Source: a virus (lineage: Duplodnaviria; Caudoviricetes). Taken from it: DNA of 64,000 nucleotides. Positions 27,140-36,428 of the stretch are shown here, one piece after another; the stretch's first letter is position 1, and each line of letters begins with the position of its first letter. Below the pieces are notes generated by a model that was not told where the DNA came from, ran no database searches, and worked only from the letters and a program-made list of their open reading frames with translations. The stretch is taken from positions 1 through 64,000 of the IMG/VR virus record IMGVR_UViG_3300011561_000001; one strand, 5' to 3'. A program made the position numbers and the translations under genes.

Positions 27140-27509
27140 TGTTAAGGCAAACAAAACTTACATCATTAGGAACAAGGAGACAAAAGAATTGTTCCGGGCA
27201 GCTTCCGGTAAAACTTCTTGGAAGGCTCCGGGTCATGCAAAGAATGCTTTTAATCAGACAGTTGCTTATGGACGATCAGCAGAACAATACGGCTTGAAAG
27301 TGATTGTAGAAGAGAAACGTTGGGGAACAGATGTTCACGGTCCTAAGTTCTCTGAGCAAGATGTCTATGAGGTTGTAGAGCTTAAACCTGAATCAGAAGA
27401 CACTCTTGCTCGCGCTGTTGAGATTTTAAAGCAAGTGATGGGACGTTGTGACGGTGTTGCATTTGATATGATTTATGATTTTCTAGAGGAGATTGGAGAG
27501 AATGAATAA
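27132..27509 (+). CDS. Hypothetical protein, 125 aa
   Basis: ORF track; GGAG SD upstream. Confidence 0.75.
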   Translation: MSDVKANKTYIIRNKETKELFRAASGKTSWKAPGHAKNAFNQTVAYGRSAEQYGLKVIVEEKRWGTDVHGPKFSEQDVYEVVELKPESEDTLARAVEILKQVMGRCDGVAFDMIYDFLEEIGENE

Positions 27510-27626
27510 ATATGAAGAGATGCTTGAGCTAGACAAAGAGAATTTCTTTGCTTGTTGGTTCTTCGCGGAAATTGTTCAGTTTGGTGTGTTTGCAAATATC
27601 TTTATGAGTCAGATTGGCGTTGTGTG

Positions 27627-27782
27627 ATGGAATGCCAATATAAGCTTGGGTATGAAGATGCTCTTATCCAGTGCCTTGTGAACACAAAAGAACTAATCAA
27701 TGAGCTTGGAGAAGAACAAGGGTTAAAAGCTCTTCTAGATTGGATTAAACATGAGCTTAAGAGTATGGGAGATGAAGAATGA
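27627..27782 (+). CDS. Hypothetical protein, 51 aa (MECQYKLG...)
   Basis: Internal ATG coupled to a small upstream ORF at 27502-27627. Confidence 0.55.
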   Translation: MECQYKLGYEDALIQCLVNTKELINELGEEQGLKALLDWIKHELKSMGDEE

Positions 27783-27961
27783 ACACTTTAGTTTTACATA
27801 GACCAGAAGCAGGAGATTGGACTGTAGCCTATCTGAATGAAAAACTCATTTATGAAGGCCATAGTGGCCTGAATGATCTTTCTTGGGAAGTATTGTGTTC
27901 ACTTGGTGTGGAAGTTAAGACAGTAGAATATTCTGATGAAGAGTTTCAGGAGAAGTTCTAA
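27779..27961 (+). CDS. Hypothetical protein, 60 aa
   Basis: ORF track. Confidence 0.7.
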   Translation: MNTLVLHRPEAGDWTVAYLNEKLIYEGHSGLNDLSWEVLCSLGVEVKTVEYSDEEFQEKF

Positions 27962-28144
27962 ATGAAAGAAGATATTCATTATACAAATCTAATGCTTGAG
28001 CTTGAGAAGCTTAGTGATCGTTTGAATCGTGTGGAATGTAAGTTTGACGCTTTGAAGGATGAGCTGTCACAAGATGTTCCGAAAGTAAAACCAGAAGATT
28101 TTAGTCGGTTTTTGGATTTTGATAAACTGAAAGAGGGGGTGTAG
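27962..28144 (+). CDS. Hypothetical coiled-coil protein, 60 aa
   Basis: ORF track. Confidence 0.65.
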   Translation: MKEDIHYTNLMLELEKLSDRLNRVECKFDALKDELSQDVPKVKPEDFSRFLDFDKLKEGV

Positions 28145-28145
28145 T

Positions 28146-29045
28146 TTGAAGAAGAAGATTGAGAGTAGTTGGCAGGAACAGGCAGAGACTCTTGCACGGG
28201 AAGGTATCTCATGGAGGCAGATCGCGCGTCATTTAGGTAAGCCCCGTAGTACAGTAAGTGATTATCTGCGAAAGATTTTCTCTCAGGGTTTGGTAGATAA
28301 TAAGAAGTCTTCTGAGACCTTCTCTGTCCGCAAGGAGGATGCGGGCGAGGACAACAGTCGTGTGCTGTTTATTAGTGATATGCACATTCCTTACCACCAC
28401 CCAGATTTGATTGCTTTCCTTAAACATCTGAAAGCTAAGTACAACCCTACACGAATAATCTGTTTGGGGGACGAACTAGATAAACATGCCCTGAGCTATC
28501 ACGACAGTGACCCTGACTTGCCGAGTGCTGGGGATGAATTGCGGAAAAGCCTGCCTGTTATTGCAGAACTGTTTAAAATGTTTCCGACGATGGACATTAT
28601 TGAATCCAACCACGGCAGCTTGGTGTGGCGTAAGGCAAAGACTTTTGGAATCCCGAAACACTATATTAAAAGTTACAATGATGTGCTTGGTGTTGATGGT
28701 GGTTGGAAGTGGTCTTTTGATCTGACTATTACACTACCGAATGGCCAAAAGTGTTACATCCACCACGGTAAGTCAAGTGATGTGATTAAACTCAGTCAGC
28801 AGATGGGGATGTGTGCGATCCAAGGCCACTATCATGAGTCATTTAAGGTTGACTATTGGGGAAATCCTAACGGCTTGTTCTGGGCTATGCAGTGTGGTTG
28901 TCTGATTGACGATGACGCCTTGGCTTTTAGTTACAACAACGTTAATATTAAGCGGCCTGTAATTGGGACCGGGTTGATTATTGACAGTCAGCCAGTTCTC
29001 GAACCAATGCTACTCGACTCAAACGGGCGATGGATCGAACGTTAA
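28146..29045 (+). CDS. Calcineurin-like metallophosphoesterase with an N-terminal HTH
   Basis: DMH, GDELD, SNH, HHG and GHYH motifs; N-terminal SWRQIARHLGKPRSTVSDYL. Confidence 0.85.
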   Translation: MKKKIESSWQEQAETLAREGISWRQIARHLGKPRSTVSDYLRKIFSQGLVDNKKSSETFSVRKEDAGEDNSRVLFISDMHIPYHHPDLIAFLKHLKAKYNPTRIICLGDELDKHALSYHDSDPDLPSAGDELRKSLPVIAELFKMFPTMDIIESNHGSLVWRKAKTFGIPKHYIKSYNDVLGVDGGWKWSFDLTITLPNGQKCYIHHGKSSDVIKLSQQMGMCAIQGHYHESFKVDYWGNPNGLFWAMQCGCLIDDDALAFSYNNVNIKRPVIGTGLIIDSQPVLEPMLLDSNGRWIER

Positions 29046-29049
29046 CTGC

Positions 29050-29078
29050 TTGACAGAGAAAAGAAAAGATGAAACAAT
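29050..29078 (+). promoter_or_regulatory. Promoter with a variant extended -10, upstream of dut
   Basis: TTGACA-17-AACAAT with TGa; closely resembles 23461. Confidence 0.55.
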
Positions 29079-29140
29079 ATGCAACATGGACGACAAGGAA
29101 GGGAAAGGATTCCCAAAGAGAAATTAGAGAGGAGAAAGAA

Positions 29141-29572
29141 TTGAAACTGAAGGTAAAACGTTTGTATCCAGAAGCTAAGCTTCCAACTTATGCAACAGAA
29201 GGGGCTGCTTGCTTTGATATCTCTACATATCTTAACGGGGATGTAGATCATGGCGAAGCACATGTATTTTCTACAGGTCTTGCATTTGAAATTCCAGAAG
29301 GTCATGTTATGCTTGTGTTTAGCCGAAGTGGTCACGGGTTTAAGAATGATGTACGTCTTTCCAACTGTGTCGGGGTGATAGATTCTGACTACGTTGGCGA
29401 GCTTAAGGTGAAGATGGCTTGTGATAAGCCGGGTTGGGGTCTTGAGATTAACGCCGGGGAGCGTATTGCTCAGGCTATGGTTATCCCTGTCAAGCAAGTG
29501 CAGTTTGAAGAAGTAGATGAGCTTAAGTCTACGAAACGTGGAGACAAAGGCTTTGGATCGACGGGACGTTAA
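29141..29572 (+). CDS. dut: Trimeric dUTPase
   Basis: AACFD, RSG, GVIDSDYVGE, ERIAQ and RGDKGFGSTG; TTG start after GAGGAG (ATG 29069 lies inside the promoter). Confidence 0.95.
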   Translation: MKLKVKRLYPEAKLPTYATEGAACFDISTYLNGDVDHGEAHVFSTGLAFEIPEGHVMLVFSRSGHGFKNDVRLSNCVGVIDSDYVGELKVKMACDKPGWGLEINAGERIAQAMVIPVKQVQFEEVDELKSTKRGDKGFGSTGR

Positions 29573-29635
29573 ATGTCTAACATTCGTTACATCTAAGCAA
29601 GATTGTTATGCAGACGTAACAAAGGAGGAATGGAG

Positions 29636-30106
29636 ATGAAGATTCGTGTATTGGTGGATGATTATGAGTATCAAGGGTTGAAAGAAGGTTCTGTTTACGA
29701 AAACGTCCGTCTAGTTAATAATGGTCAGAACAGTGGTGTCACTTTCTTAGCAAACGGAAAGGTGTGGTATTTGATCCCACCAATGTATGAGATTGTGAAG
29801 GAGGATAGTGAGAGTACAGGTCCAATCAAATCTGATGGTGGCAGTAGTTCATACTATGATTTGTTTTTGCCAGAGTGGCTCTTGTACACTCTCAACGAGC
29901 GTCAGAAAGAGGGGAAGTGCTACATTAAGACAGAAGAGATGATTAGTGCTTTCTTCGGTAATGATTTTGACAGAGGGAACATCATCAAGTCCCTTGTGCG
30001 TTGTCAAGGATTGCAAGATGGTACTGGTGGAAAGGCTGGAAACTCTGTAGAATACGAATGCAACAAGATGATTTACAGTGTTAACAAGATTAAGGAGAAG
30101 AAGTAA
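29636..30106 (+). CDS. Hypothetical protein; C-terminus DUF3310/gp1.7-like
   Basis: KSDGGSSSYY...FDRGNIIKSLVR...K pattern. Confidence 0.5.
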   Translation: MKIRVLVDDYEYQGLKEGSVYENVRLVNNGQNSGVTFLANGKVWYLIPPMYEIVKEDSESTGPIKSDGGSSSYYDLFLPEWLLYTLNERQKEGKCYIKTEEMISAFFGNDFDRGNIIKSLVRCQGLQDGTGGKAGNSVEYECNKMIYSVNKIKEKK

Positions 30107-30763
30107 TTGGCTAAGTTTGTTGAAATGCAAGTACAATACGTAGATCATATGGGATCAGATATTAATGTGGTGAATGCTGCACGGGTTTCTTTCGCCAAAG
30201 AGGTGCAAGAGTTTGATCTCGAAAAAGATACAAAACTGATTAACTACCTTGCAAAGCATAATCATTGGAGTCCACTAGCTCACACATCGGTACAGATTCG
30301 TGTCAAGGCTCCGATCTTTATGGCCCGTCAGTTTGTTAAGCACCAGATTGGTCTTGTCTGGAATGAAGAAAGTCGTCGTTACATTGACGACACGCCAGAG
30401 TTCTATAAACCCTCAGTGTGGCGTAGTCGTCCAACTAATATGAAGCAGGGTAGTGGTGAGGGTGTTGTAGAAGAAGAGGCTTACGAGTGGTTTGAGATGC
30501 CTGTAGAAACTGCGCTAGAAGGGTACAATATGATGCTACAATCTGGAATCGCGCCAGAACAGGCGCGGATGGTCTTGCCCCAGAACACTATGACAAATTG
30601 GATGTGGACTGGTTCTCTCGTTGCCTTTGCTCGTGTGTGTAAGCTACGACTAGACAGCCATGCACAGAAAGAAGCACAAGAACTTGCTCAAAAGATTCAC
30701 GATGTTGTAGCTCCGCTGTACCCTGTATCGTGGGCTGCTCTGATGAAGCATATGAAAGTTTGA
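30107..30763 (+). CDS. thyX: Flavin-dependent thymidylate synthase
   Basis: NAARVSF, HWSPL, RQFVKHQ...NEESRRY, EQARMVLP. Confidence 0.95.
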   Translation: MAKFVEMQVQYVDHMGSDINVVNAARVSFAKEVQEFDLEKDTKLINYLAKHNHWSPLAHTSVQIRVKAPIFMARQFVKHQIGLVWNEESRRYIDDTPEFYKPSVWRSRPTNMKQGSGEGVVEEEAYEWFEMPVETALEGYNMMLQSGIAPEQARMVLPQNTMTNWMWTGSLVAFARVCKLRLDSHAQKEAQELAQKIHDVVAPLYPVSWAALMKHMKV

Positions 30764-30779
30764 TTTAGGAGTAAATAAA

Positions 30780-30977
30780 ATGATAGGCTTTCGAGAAGAG
30801 TTTCCTCTGGAAGATTGGATTGAGGAACTTGCTGTTCTAATGAAGCACGTTGAAGGTATTAAAAAGAATGAGGCGTATCGTCGATTCATTGACAACGCCA
30901 CGGAGTTCGTAGGCTACTATCAGATTGGTATGAGTCCTCGCGCTGCATTGGATAAGTTGTGGGGAGGTAGTAAATGA
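30780..30977 (+). CDS. Hypothetical protein, 65 aa
   Basis: AGGAG SD upstream. Confidence 0.7.
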   Translation: MIGFREEFPLEDWIEELAVLMKHVEGIKKNEAYRRFIDNATEFVGYYQIGMSPRAALDKLWGGSK

Positions 30978-31321
30978 GTGGTGTTCCTTATAGTTTGAGT
31001 GTTAGTGATTTGCTTCTTGTAGAGGGTTTTCAGGAAGCTTATGGGAGTGGCGATAAAGAAAAGATTGGAGAGATTCTTCAAGCTAATGGGATGGACACAA
31101 CACAAGGTGTAGATGAAGTGTTCTGTGCCCATCGTAATCTCCGAGGAGAAGTGGTAACATGTGTTCGTTACGAGGGTTTTGAATTGACTACACCGGAGTG
31201 GTTAGCATCGGGCGCTGCCTCACTAGACGCACACATTGGAGCTTGTAAAGACGTTTCCAAACGTGTAGCATTGCAGATGCTCAACCCCCGTGGAGCGATT
31301 AGCTCTTGGGAAGATGACTAA
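30974..31321 (+). CDS. Hypothetical protein, 115 aa
   Basis: GGAGG SD upstream. Confidence 0.75.
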   Translation: MSGVPYSLSVSDLLLVEGFQEAYGSGDKEKIGEILQANGMDTTQGVDEVFCAHRNLRGEVVTCVRYEGFELTTPEWLASGAASLDAHIGACKDVSKRVALQMLNPRGAISSWEDD

Positions 31322-31347
31322 TAGAAAAGAATTTTGAGGAGAGGAAA

Positions 31348-32343
31348 TTGACAGATGTAAGGATTCGCACACAAAAGTCTACTTTCACTGTAGACTACCC
31401 AGAAGCTGTAGATTTTATGAACAAACAGCAGTCTGTTTTCTGGCCCCATTTTGAGGTGAAAGTTGCTAAAGACAAACAAGACATTCTTGTAAACATGTCG
31501 GAAGCAGAGCGTCACGGAACAATCATGGTGCTTAAGCTTTTCAGTAAGTATGAACAGATTATTGGTGATGAGTTTTGGCTTAACTTCGTGATGAAGAAGT
31601 TCCCACGACCTGCTGATATTCAACCAATGGCCGCTACGTTTGGCGGTGTTGAACTTGGTGTTCACTTGTTCTTCTACAAGACCTTGAACGAAGAGCTTGG
31701 AATTGCAACAGATGAGTTTTATGATTCGTATATTGAAGACGCAGAACTGAAGCAACGGATTGATTACTTGGAGGACACACTTTCTGATGCTGATGATCTT
31801 CGTGCTCTTGGCTGTTTTACATTTGGTGAAGGTGCTGTTCTTTATTCGAGCTTTGCTTTCCTGAAGCACTTCCAGAGCCAAGGAAAGAATAAGCTACTGA
31901 ATGTTGTTAGCGGGATTAACTTCAGTGCTCGTGATGAAAATCTCCACGCAGAAGCAGCAGCTTGGTTGTTCCGTACACTGAAAAAGGAGTTGGTTGAGGC
32001 CGGTAAGATTGATGATGAATATCTTGTTACTTTGGAAAAGGATGTGTATGATGCAGCCAACACCGTATACGAGCATGAGAAACTGATTATTGCTAAGATT
32101 TTTGAGAAGGGCAAGATTGAGGGAATCACAGATACTCAGCTTCAGCATTTTGCTCAGAGCCGTGTAAATCTGTGTCTCCGTAACCTTGGTTACAAGAATC
32201 TTTTTAAAGTAGAGTATAATCCTGTGGGTGACTGGTTCTATCGGGGTATTAATGGTTATCAGGCACAAGATTTCTTCTCCTCGCAGGGAAATCAATATGT
32301 CCGAGACTGGGATATTAACGGCTTTAGTTGGGAGGTAAAATAA
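31348..32343 (+). CDS. nrdB: Class I ribonucleotide reductase beta subunit
   Basis: Di-iron ligands (ELGVH, FGEG, RDENLH); C-terminal DFF...QY. Confidence 0.95.
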   Translation: MTDVRIRTQKSTFTVDYPEAVDFMNKQQSVFWPHFEVKVAKDKQDILVNMSEAERHGTIMVLKLFSKYEQIIGDEFWLNFVMKKFPRPADIQPMAATFGGVELGVHLFFYKTLNEELGIATDEFYDSYIEDAELKQRIDYLEDTLSDADDLRALGCFTFGEGAVLYSSFAFLKHFQSQGKNKLLNVVSGINFSARDENLHAEAAAWLFRTLKKELVEAGKIDDEYLVTLEKDVYDAANTVYEHEKLIIAKIFEKGKIEGITDTQLQHFAQSRVNLCLRNLGYKNLFKVEYNPVGDWFYRGINGYQAQDFFSSQGNQYVRDWDINGFSWEVK

Positions 32344-34041
32344 TTGTCTAGTGGTATTTACGATAAGCTAAGCGAAGAGCGTAAGAAACTACAAGCGGAG
32401 GGGCTTATGCCTCTCCATTGGAGCACAGGAAGTTGGCAGCTTTTTAAAGAGAAATATCTATATCAGGCTGCTAACCCTAAAGAGCAATATCAACGTATTG
32501 CTAACACTCTGGCAGCTCATACACCCGACCCTGCTGTGTGGAAGGATAAGTTTTTTGACATTATGTGGAAGGGTTGGCTAAGTCCTAGCACGCCAATTGT
32601 GGCCAATTGTGGGACCACTCGCGGCTTGCCTGTTTCATGCGCTGGTAGTTACTTTCCCGATAGTATTGATGGTATTTATCGTGCTAAACATGAAACTGCA
32701 ATCCTAACAAAGTATGGTTTTGGTACAGCAGGTTATCTCGGGGATATTCGTCCACGTGGTAGTCAAATCAGTGCAGGTGGGAAGTCTGTTGGTGTGATGC
32801 CTGTTATCATGGGTATGCAAGCAGACATGGAATATGTGGCACAAGGAACTGCTCGTAGAGGTTCTTGGGCGGGCTATCTGCCGATCAGCCATGGAGATTT
32901 CCACGAAGTATGTGCGTATCTGGAACAACACCCTGACGGTAATAATATCGGGTGGAATTGGCATGATAGTGACACAGAGAAAATGCGAGACGGGGATGAA
33001 GAAGCTCATTACCGATTCAAGAAAGGTTTTAAGACTAAGATGGTGACTGGTAAAGGATATCTATTCTTCCCAGACAAGGCTAATCGCAAGCGTCCTCAAT
33101 GGTATAAGGACCACAATCTCGATGTAAAGGCAGCCCAGCTCTGTAATGAAATTACGCTGCATAGCGGACCAGACTACACCTACACTTGTGTTCTGGCTTC
33201 TATGAATGCAGACCTTTATGATGAGTGGAAGGGAACGGACGCCGTGTTTGTAGCTACAGTGTATTTGGATTGTGTGGCCCAAGAGTTTATTGAGCGGGCC
33301 AAGAATATTCATGGTTTGGAGAAGGCTGTAGAGTTTACCCGTAAATCTCGTGCTTTGGGTCTTGGGGTTTGTGGACTCACTTCGCTTTACCAGCGAAAGA
33401 TGATTGCTTTTGAAAGTGTCGAAGCTTACTTGCTAAACATCGAGCTGTTTAGGTACATTCGGGCAGAAGCAGAGAAAGCAACAGCTTGGAGTGCTGAGCA
33501 GTGGGGTGAACCAGAGTGGTGTAAAGGCTATGGACGGGCCAATAGTCACCTTCTCGCTGTAGCACCAACTAAGAGCACGGCTTTGATTATGGGTGGTGTG
33601 AGTGAAGGCATCAACCCAGATACAGCGATGGTGTACACACAGCGAAGTGCTGGTGGCGAGGTGGATCGTGTAAACCCACACCTACTCCGTCTTATGAAGG
33701 AAAAGGGTGTGTATAGCAAAGCTAATATTGCTGAAGTTCGTGAGGCAATGGGTAGTGTGCAGGGTGTGTCGTGGTTGACACAAGAAGAGAAAGATGTGTT
33801 TAAGACTGCTTTTGAAATTAATCAGATGGCTATCTTGCAACAAGCAGAAGCTCGTGGTAAATTTCTAGATCAGTGGCAATCACTAAACTTGTTCTTTGCT
33901 GCCGGGGAAGATGAAGGTGTTATTGCCCGTGTGCATCAGTATGCTATTGAAAGTGAAGACATTCTTGGTCTATATTACATCTACAGCAAAGCTGGTGTTC
34001 AAGCGTCTAACGACAAAGCAGAGTGCGAGAGTTGTCAATGA
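32344..34041 (+). CDS. nrdA: Class I ribonucleotide reductase alpha subunit, compact, no ATP cone
   Basis: PVSC, QLCNEI, APT, LYYI and C-terminal CESC. Confidence 0.95.
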   Translation: MSSGIYDKLSEERKKLQAEGLMPLHWSTGSWQLFKEKYLYQAANPKEQYQRIANTLAAHTPDPAVWKDKFFDIMWKGWLSPSTPIVANCGTTRGLPVSCAGSYFPDSIDGIYRAKHETAILTKYGFGTAGYLGDIRPRGSQISAGGKSVGVMPVIMGMQADMEYVAQGTARRGSWAGYLPISHGDFHEVCAYLEQHPDGNNIGWNWHDSDTEKMRDGDEEAHYRFKKGFKTKMVTGKGYLFFPDKANRKRPQWYKDHNLDVKAAQLCNEITLHSGPDYTYTCVLASMNADLYDEWKGTDAVFVATVYLDCVAQEFIERAKNIHGLEKAVEFTRKSRALGLGVCGLTSLYQRKMIAFESVEAYLLNIELFRYIRAEAEKATAWSAEQWGEPEWCKGYGRANSHLLAVAPTKSTALIMGGVSEGINPDTAMVYTQRSAGGEVDRVNPHLLRLMKEKGVYSKANIAEVREAMGSVQGVSWLTQEEKDVFKTAFEINQMAILQQAEARGKFLDQWQSLNLFFAAGEDEGVIARVHQYAIESEDILGLYYIYSKAGVQASNDKAECESCQ

Positions 34042-34062
34042 GGGGCGAAAGCCCCTCCTTTT
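34042..34062 (+). terminator. Hairpin terminator after nrdA
   Basis: GAGGGGC-gaaa-GCCCCTC followed by CTTTT. Confidence 0.7.
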
Positions 34063-34076
34063 AAAGAGGAGAAAGT

Positions 34077-34325
34077 ATGTACCTTGTCTATGGTAAAGAT
34101 GGTTGTAGTGCTTGCCTTCAAGCTTGCCATGTGCTTGCAATGAAAGGTTTTGATCTGAAATATAAAAAGCTCGGTAAAGATTACGAGGTAGATGAACTGT
34201 TTGCAGTAACGGATGGTATGGGCCTACCACGACCACGTACATTTCCTCAATGCTTTGTTGTGAATGGATGTGAGATGGAGTATATTGGTGGCTTTGACAA
34301 TCTGAAGGAGTATTTGGGAGAGTAG
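34077..34325 (+). CDS. Glutaredoxin
   Basis: CSAC, TFPQ and YIGG motifs. Confidence 0.9.
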   Translation: MYLVYGKDGCSACLQACHVLAMKGFDLKYKKLGKDYEVDELFAVTDGMGLPRPRTFPQCFVVNGCEMEYIGGFDNLKEYLGE

Positions 34326-34387
34326 TTTAAATTTCATAGCCTACGGGACTTAACGGTCTTGTGGGCTTTTCTTATTTGGAGATTTTA

Positions 34388-35011
34388 ATGGTGAAGAAAA
34401 AGCTAGTACACGGGAGAGGGTTGAACGATGCTGACTATGTTACGCAGAAATTCCTAACCACATACGAAGACGGCAAAAAGAAAAATAAGCTTATATGGGC
34501 TTGCCCCTTCTACAAGAGATGGGGGAGTATGTTAATGCGGTGCTATTCTGTTAAACACCAAGAAAAATTTCCTACCTATAAAGGGTGTTTCGTTTGTGAA
34601 GAGTGGCTTACGTTTTCCAACTTTAAAGCTTGGATGGAAAAGCAAGATTGGGAGGGTAGGCAGCTAGATAAGGATGTCTTAGAGGTAGGTAACAAAGTAT
34701 ATAGTCCCGAAACTTGCCTGTTCGTTGACCGTAAAGTTAACCTGTTTCTAGTTGATTCCAAGAAAACTAGGGGTTGCTTCATGATTGGTGTCTGTCTAGA
34801 GAAGGTGTCTAATAAATTTATGGCTACGTGCAATGACGGTTCGGGCAAAAAGAAGTACCTCGGTCTATTTGACACAGAACTTGAAGCCCACCTTGCGTGG
34901 CTCAAATGCAAACAAGAAATTGCTCGTCAGTTAGCAGCAGAGCAAACTGATCCTCGTGTTGCTAAAGCCCTGATTGAACGCTATGAAAACTACATCACCG
35001 AAGATCGGTAA
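34388..35011 (+). CDS. Free-standing HNH-like homing endonuclease with an AP2-like C-terminus
   Basis: WGSMLMRCY...VCEEWLTFSNF...LDKD...YSPETCLFV; C-terminal KYLGLFDTELEAH. Confidence 0.8.
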   Translation: MVKKKLVHGRGLNDADYVTQKFLTTYEDGKKKNKLIWACPFYKRWGSMLMRCYSVKHQEKFPTYKGCFVCEEWLTFSNFKAWMEKQDWEGRQLDKDVLEVGNKVYSPETCLFVDRKVNLFLVDSKKTRGCFMIGVCLEKVSNKFMATCNDGSGKKKYLGLFDTELEAHLAWLKCKQEIARQLAAEQTDPRVAKALIERYENYITEDR

Positions 35012-35023
35012 ATCGTAGACAAC

Positions 35024-35060
35024 AAAAAGCCCAGAGGACCGAAAGGCTCTCTGGGCACAT
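35024..35060. terminator. Terminator at the convergence of the two arms
   Basis: GCCCAGAG...CTCTGGGC hairpin flanked by A and T tracts. Confidence 0.75.
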
Positions 35061-35105
35061 TTATTCTTGTTCTATTTTAATAGTCGTTTCTAAAAGATGT
35101 GATAG

Positions 35106-35507
35106 CTATGGCACATCTCTCTTTGTTTCACTTGTTGCCTCAGATTTCTTAACTACCACATCCGTTCCATTGATTGTCAATGAGTTGTGCAGATTGTTGT
35201 TGTTAATCAATCTCTGCTTAGGCTCCCCTTTTGCAATCTGGTCCACCCTCTTTTCTAAGAGTTCAATCTTCCTTGATGTTGAGAATTGGTAATCATTCTG
35301 TATCTTAGCTTGGGTATTGATTTTATTCTCAAGAAAGATAGTGTTGTTCCCGATCACTTTTCTATTCTCATCCCGCACCATCTCAATCTGTTCTAATAGA
35401 TTGTTGGCTGCTACATTATCTCGTGTATTACCCCAAAGGATAATCAGTAAGGTGACAGCTAAGAGCAGAAAAACAAAGTTTACAACATTCTGTAATAGCG
35501 TCCCCAC
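35106..35507 (-). CDS. Single-TM membrane protein with a coiled coil, at the end of the lysis cassette
   Basis: N-terminal hydrophobic segment. Confidence 0.7.
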   Translation of the reverse strand: MGTLLQNVVNFVFLLLAVTLLIILWGNTRDNVAANNLLEQIEMVRDENRKVIGNNTIFLENKINTQAKIQNDYQFSTSRKIELLEKRVDQIAKGEPKQRLINNNNLHNSLTINGTDVVVKKSEATSETKRDVP

Positions 35508-35517
35508 AACAGTCCCC

Positions 35518-35853
35518 TTATCTCTTACCTTGGAAGTACAAGTCCAAGCGACTCAAGATGTTTGATTGCATCAAATCCTGTCGTGCTATGATGTCTGTAC
35601 GTAACCCTTCCATCTTGCTATTAAGACGGTCTTCTACTTCCCTCAGATCACCCTTGTCTATCTTCACTTTGTCCAATGCAATGACTTTGGTTTCAAGGGT
35701 TTCAACTTTGGCTGCTTGCTGTTGAAAACTCCACACTACAAGAGACATGACGATAGCCATCAACCCAAGTGCCGCCCTCTCCCAATATGTGTTAATTCGT
35801 CTATCTACAATGACAGCCGTTGTTTCCGGTGCTGGATTATTCCGGTGTGGCAT
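35518..35853 (-). CDS. Single-TM membrane protein with a coiled coil (holin or antiholin candidate)
   Basis: ALGLMAIVMSLVVWSF TM; lysis-cassette position. Confidence 0.65.
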   Translation of the reverse strand: MPHRNNPAPETTAVIVDRRINTYWERAALGLMAIVMSLVVWSFQQQAAKVETLETKVIALDKVKIDKGDLREVEDRLNSKMEGLRTDIIARQDLMQSNILSRLDLYFQGKR

Positions 35854-36124
35854 AATAAAGCTCCATTATCTGCTTCTTGTGCTCTCTCTGTCTCTCAAGC
35901 AAGGATTTGTATTTAGCAATACAGGAAGTGTTTTCTACATATCCAATACTGAGGCTTCTAACAGACCACCCAGCCTCTTTAGCTACACACGGATCGACAA
36001 GAAGACTATCTGGTGTTGTATGCACTCTATCTCTGTATTGCACTTCGGTGAGCTTCGTTGAGCATCCGCTGAAGATCAAGAGGCAACACACCATCAATGT
36101 CCACAACGTTAGTTTCTTCAACAT
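35837..36124 (-). CDS. Outer-membrane spanin (Rz1-like lipoprotein)
   Basis: MLKKLTLWTLMVCCLLIFSG-C lipobox; overlaps the i-spanin 3' end. Confidence 0.85.
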   Translation of the reverse strand: MLKKLTLWTLMVCCLLIFSGCSTKLTEVQYRDRVHTTPDSLLVDPCVAKEAGWSVRSLSIGYVENTSCIAKYKSLLERQREHKKQIMELYYATPE

Positions 36125-36428
36125 CCGAGGATTCCTTAGTAGTTGCATTAGATTTCTTTGGGATGCTATCTATCTGCTTTACAATCCCTTCTTTCTTCTC
36201 ATCCAAGGCTTTCTGTTCTTCGTCCTTCTTTCTATTGATTTCATCAACGATAAGACAGGATTTAGTAGCCTTTTCTACATCAGAAACAAGCGTTGCATTA
36301 GCTTTCACTAAACGATCCACATCAGCTTTAAGCGTCGCTTTATCGCTATAAAATGAGTAGGAGAGATAACCAAACAAGGATGTAAGGGAGAGCAGAACAA
36401 CTATGATTATGATAAATAATCTATTCAT
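36027..36428 (-). CDS. Inner-membrane spanin (Rz-like)
   Basis: N-terminal TM followed by a coiled coil. Confidence 0.85.
   Translation of the reverse strand: MNRLFIIIIVVLLSLTSLFGYLSYSFYSDKATLKADVDRLVKANATLVSDVEKATKSCLIVDEINRKKDEEQKALDEKKEGIVKQIDSIPKKSNATTKESSDVEETNVVDIDGVLPLDLQRMLNEAHRSAIQR

Noticed and set aside
29069-29140. N-terminal extension of dUTPase in the ORF track
   Set aside because: The ATG lies within a promoter; TTG 29141 has a strong SD and gives a normal-length enzyme.
19938-34041. Introns or inteins in the polymerase, nrdA, nrdB or thyX
   Set aside because: Frames are continuous, catalytic motifs are in order, and I saw no splicing motifs.
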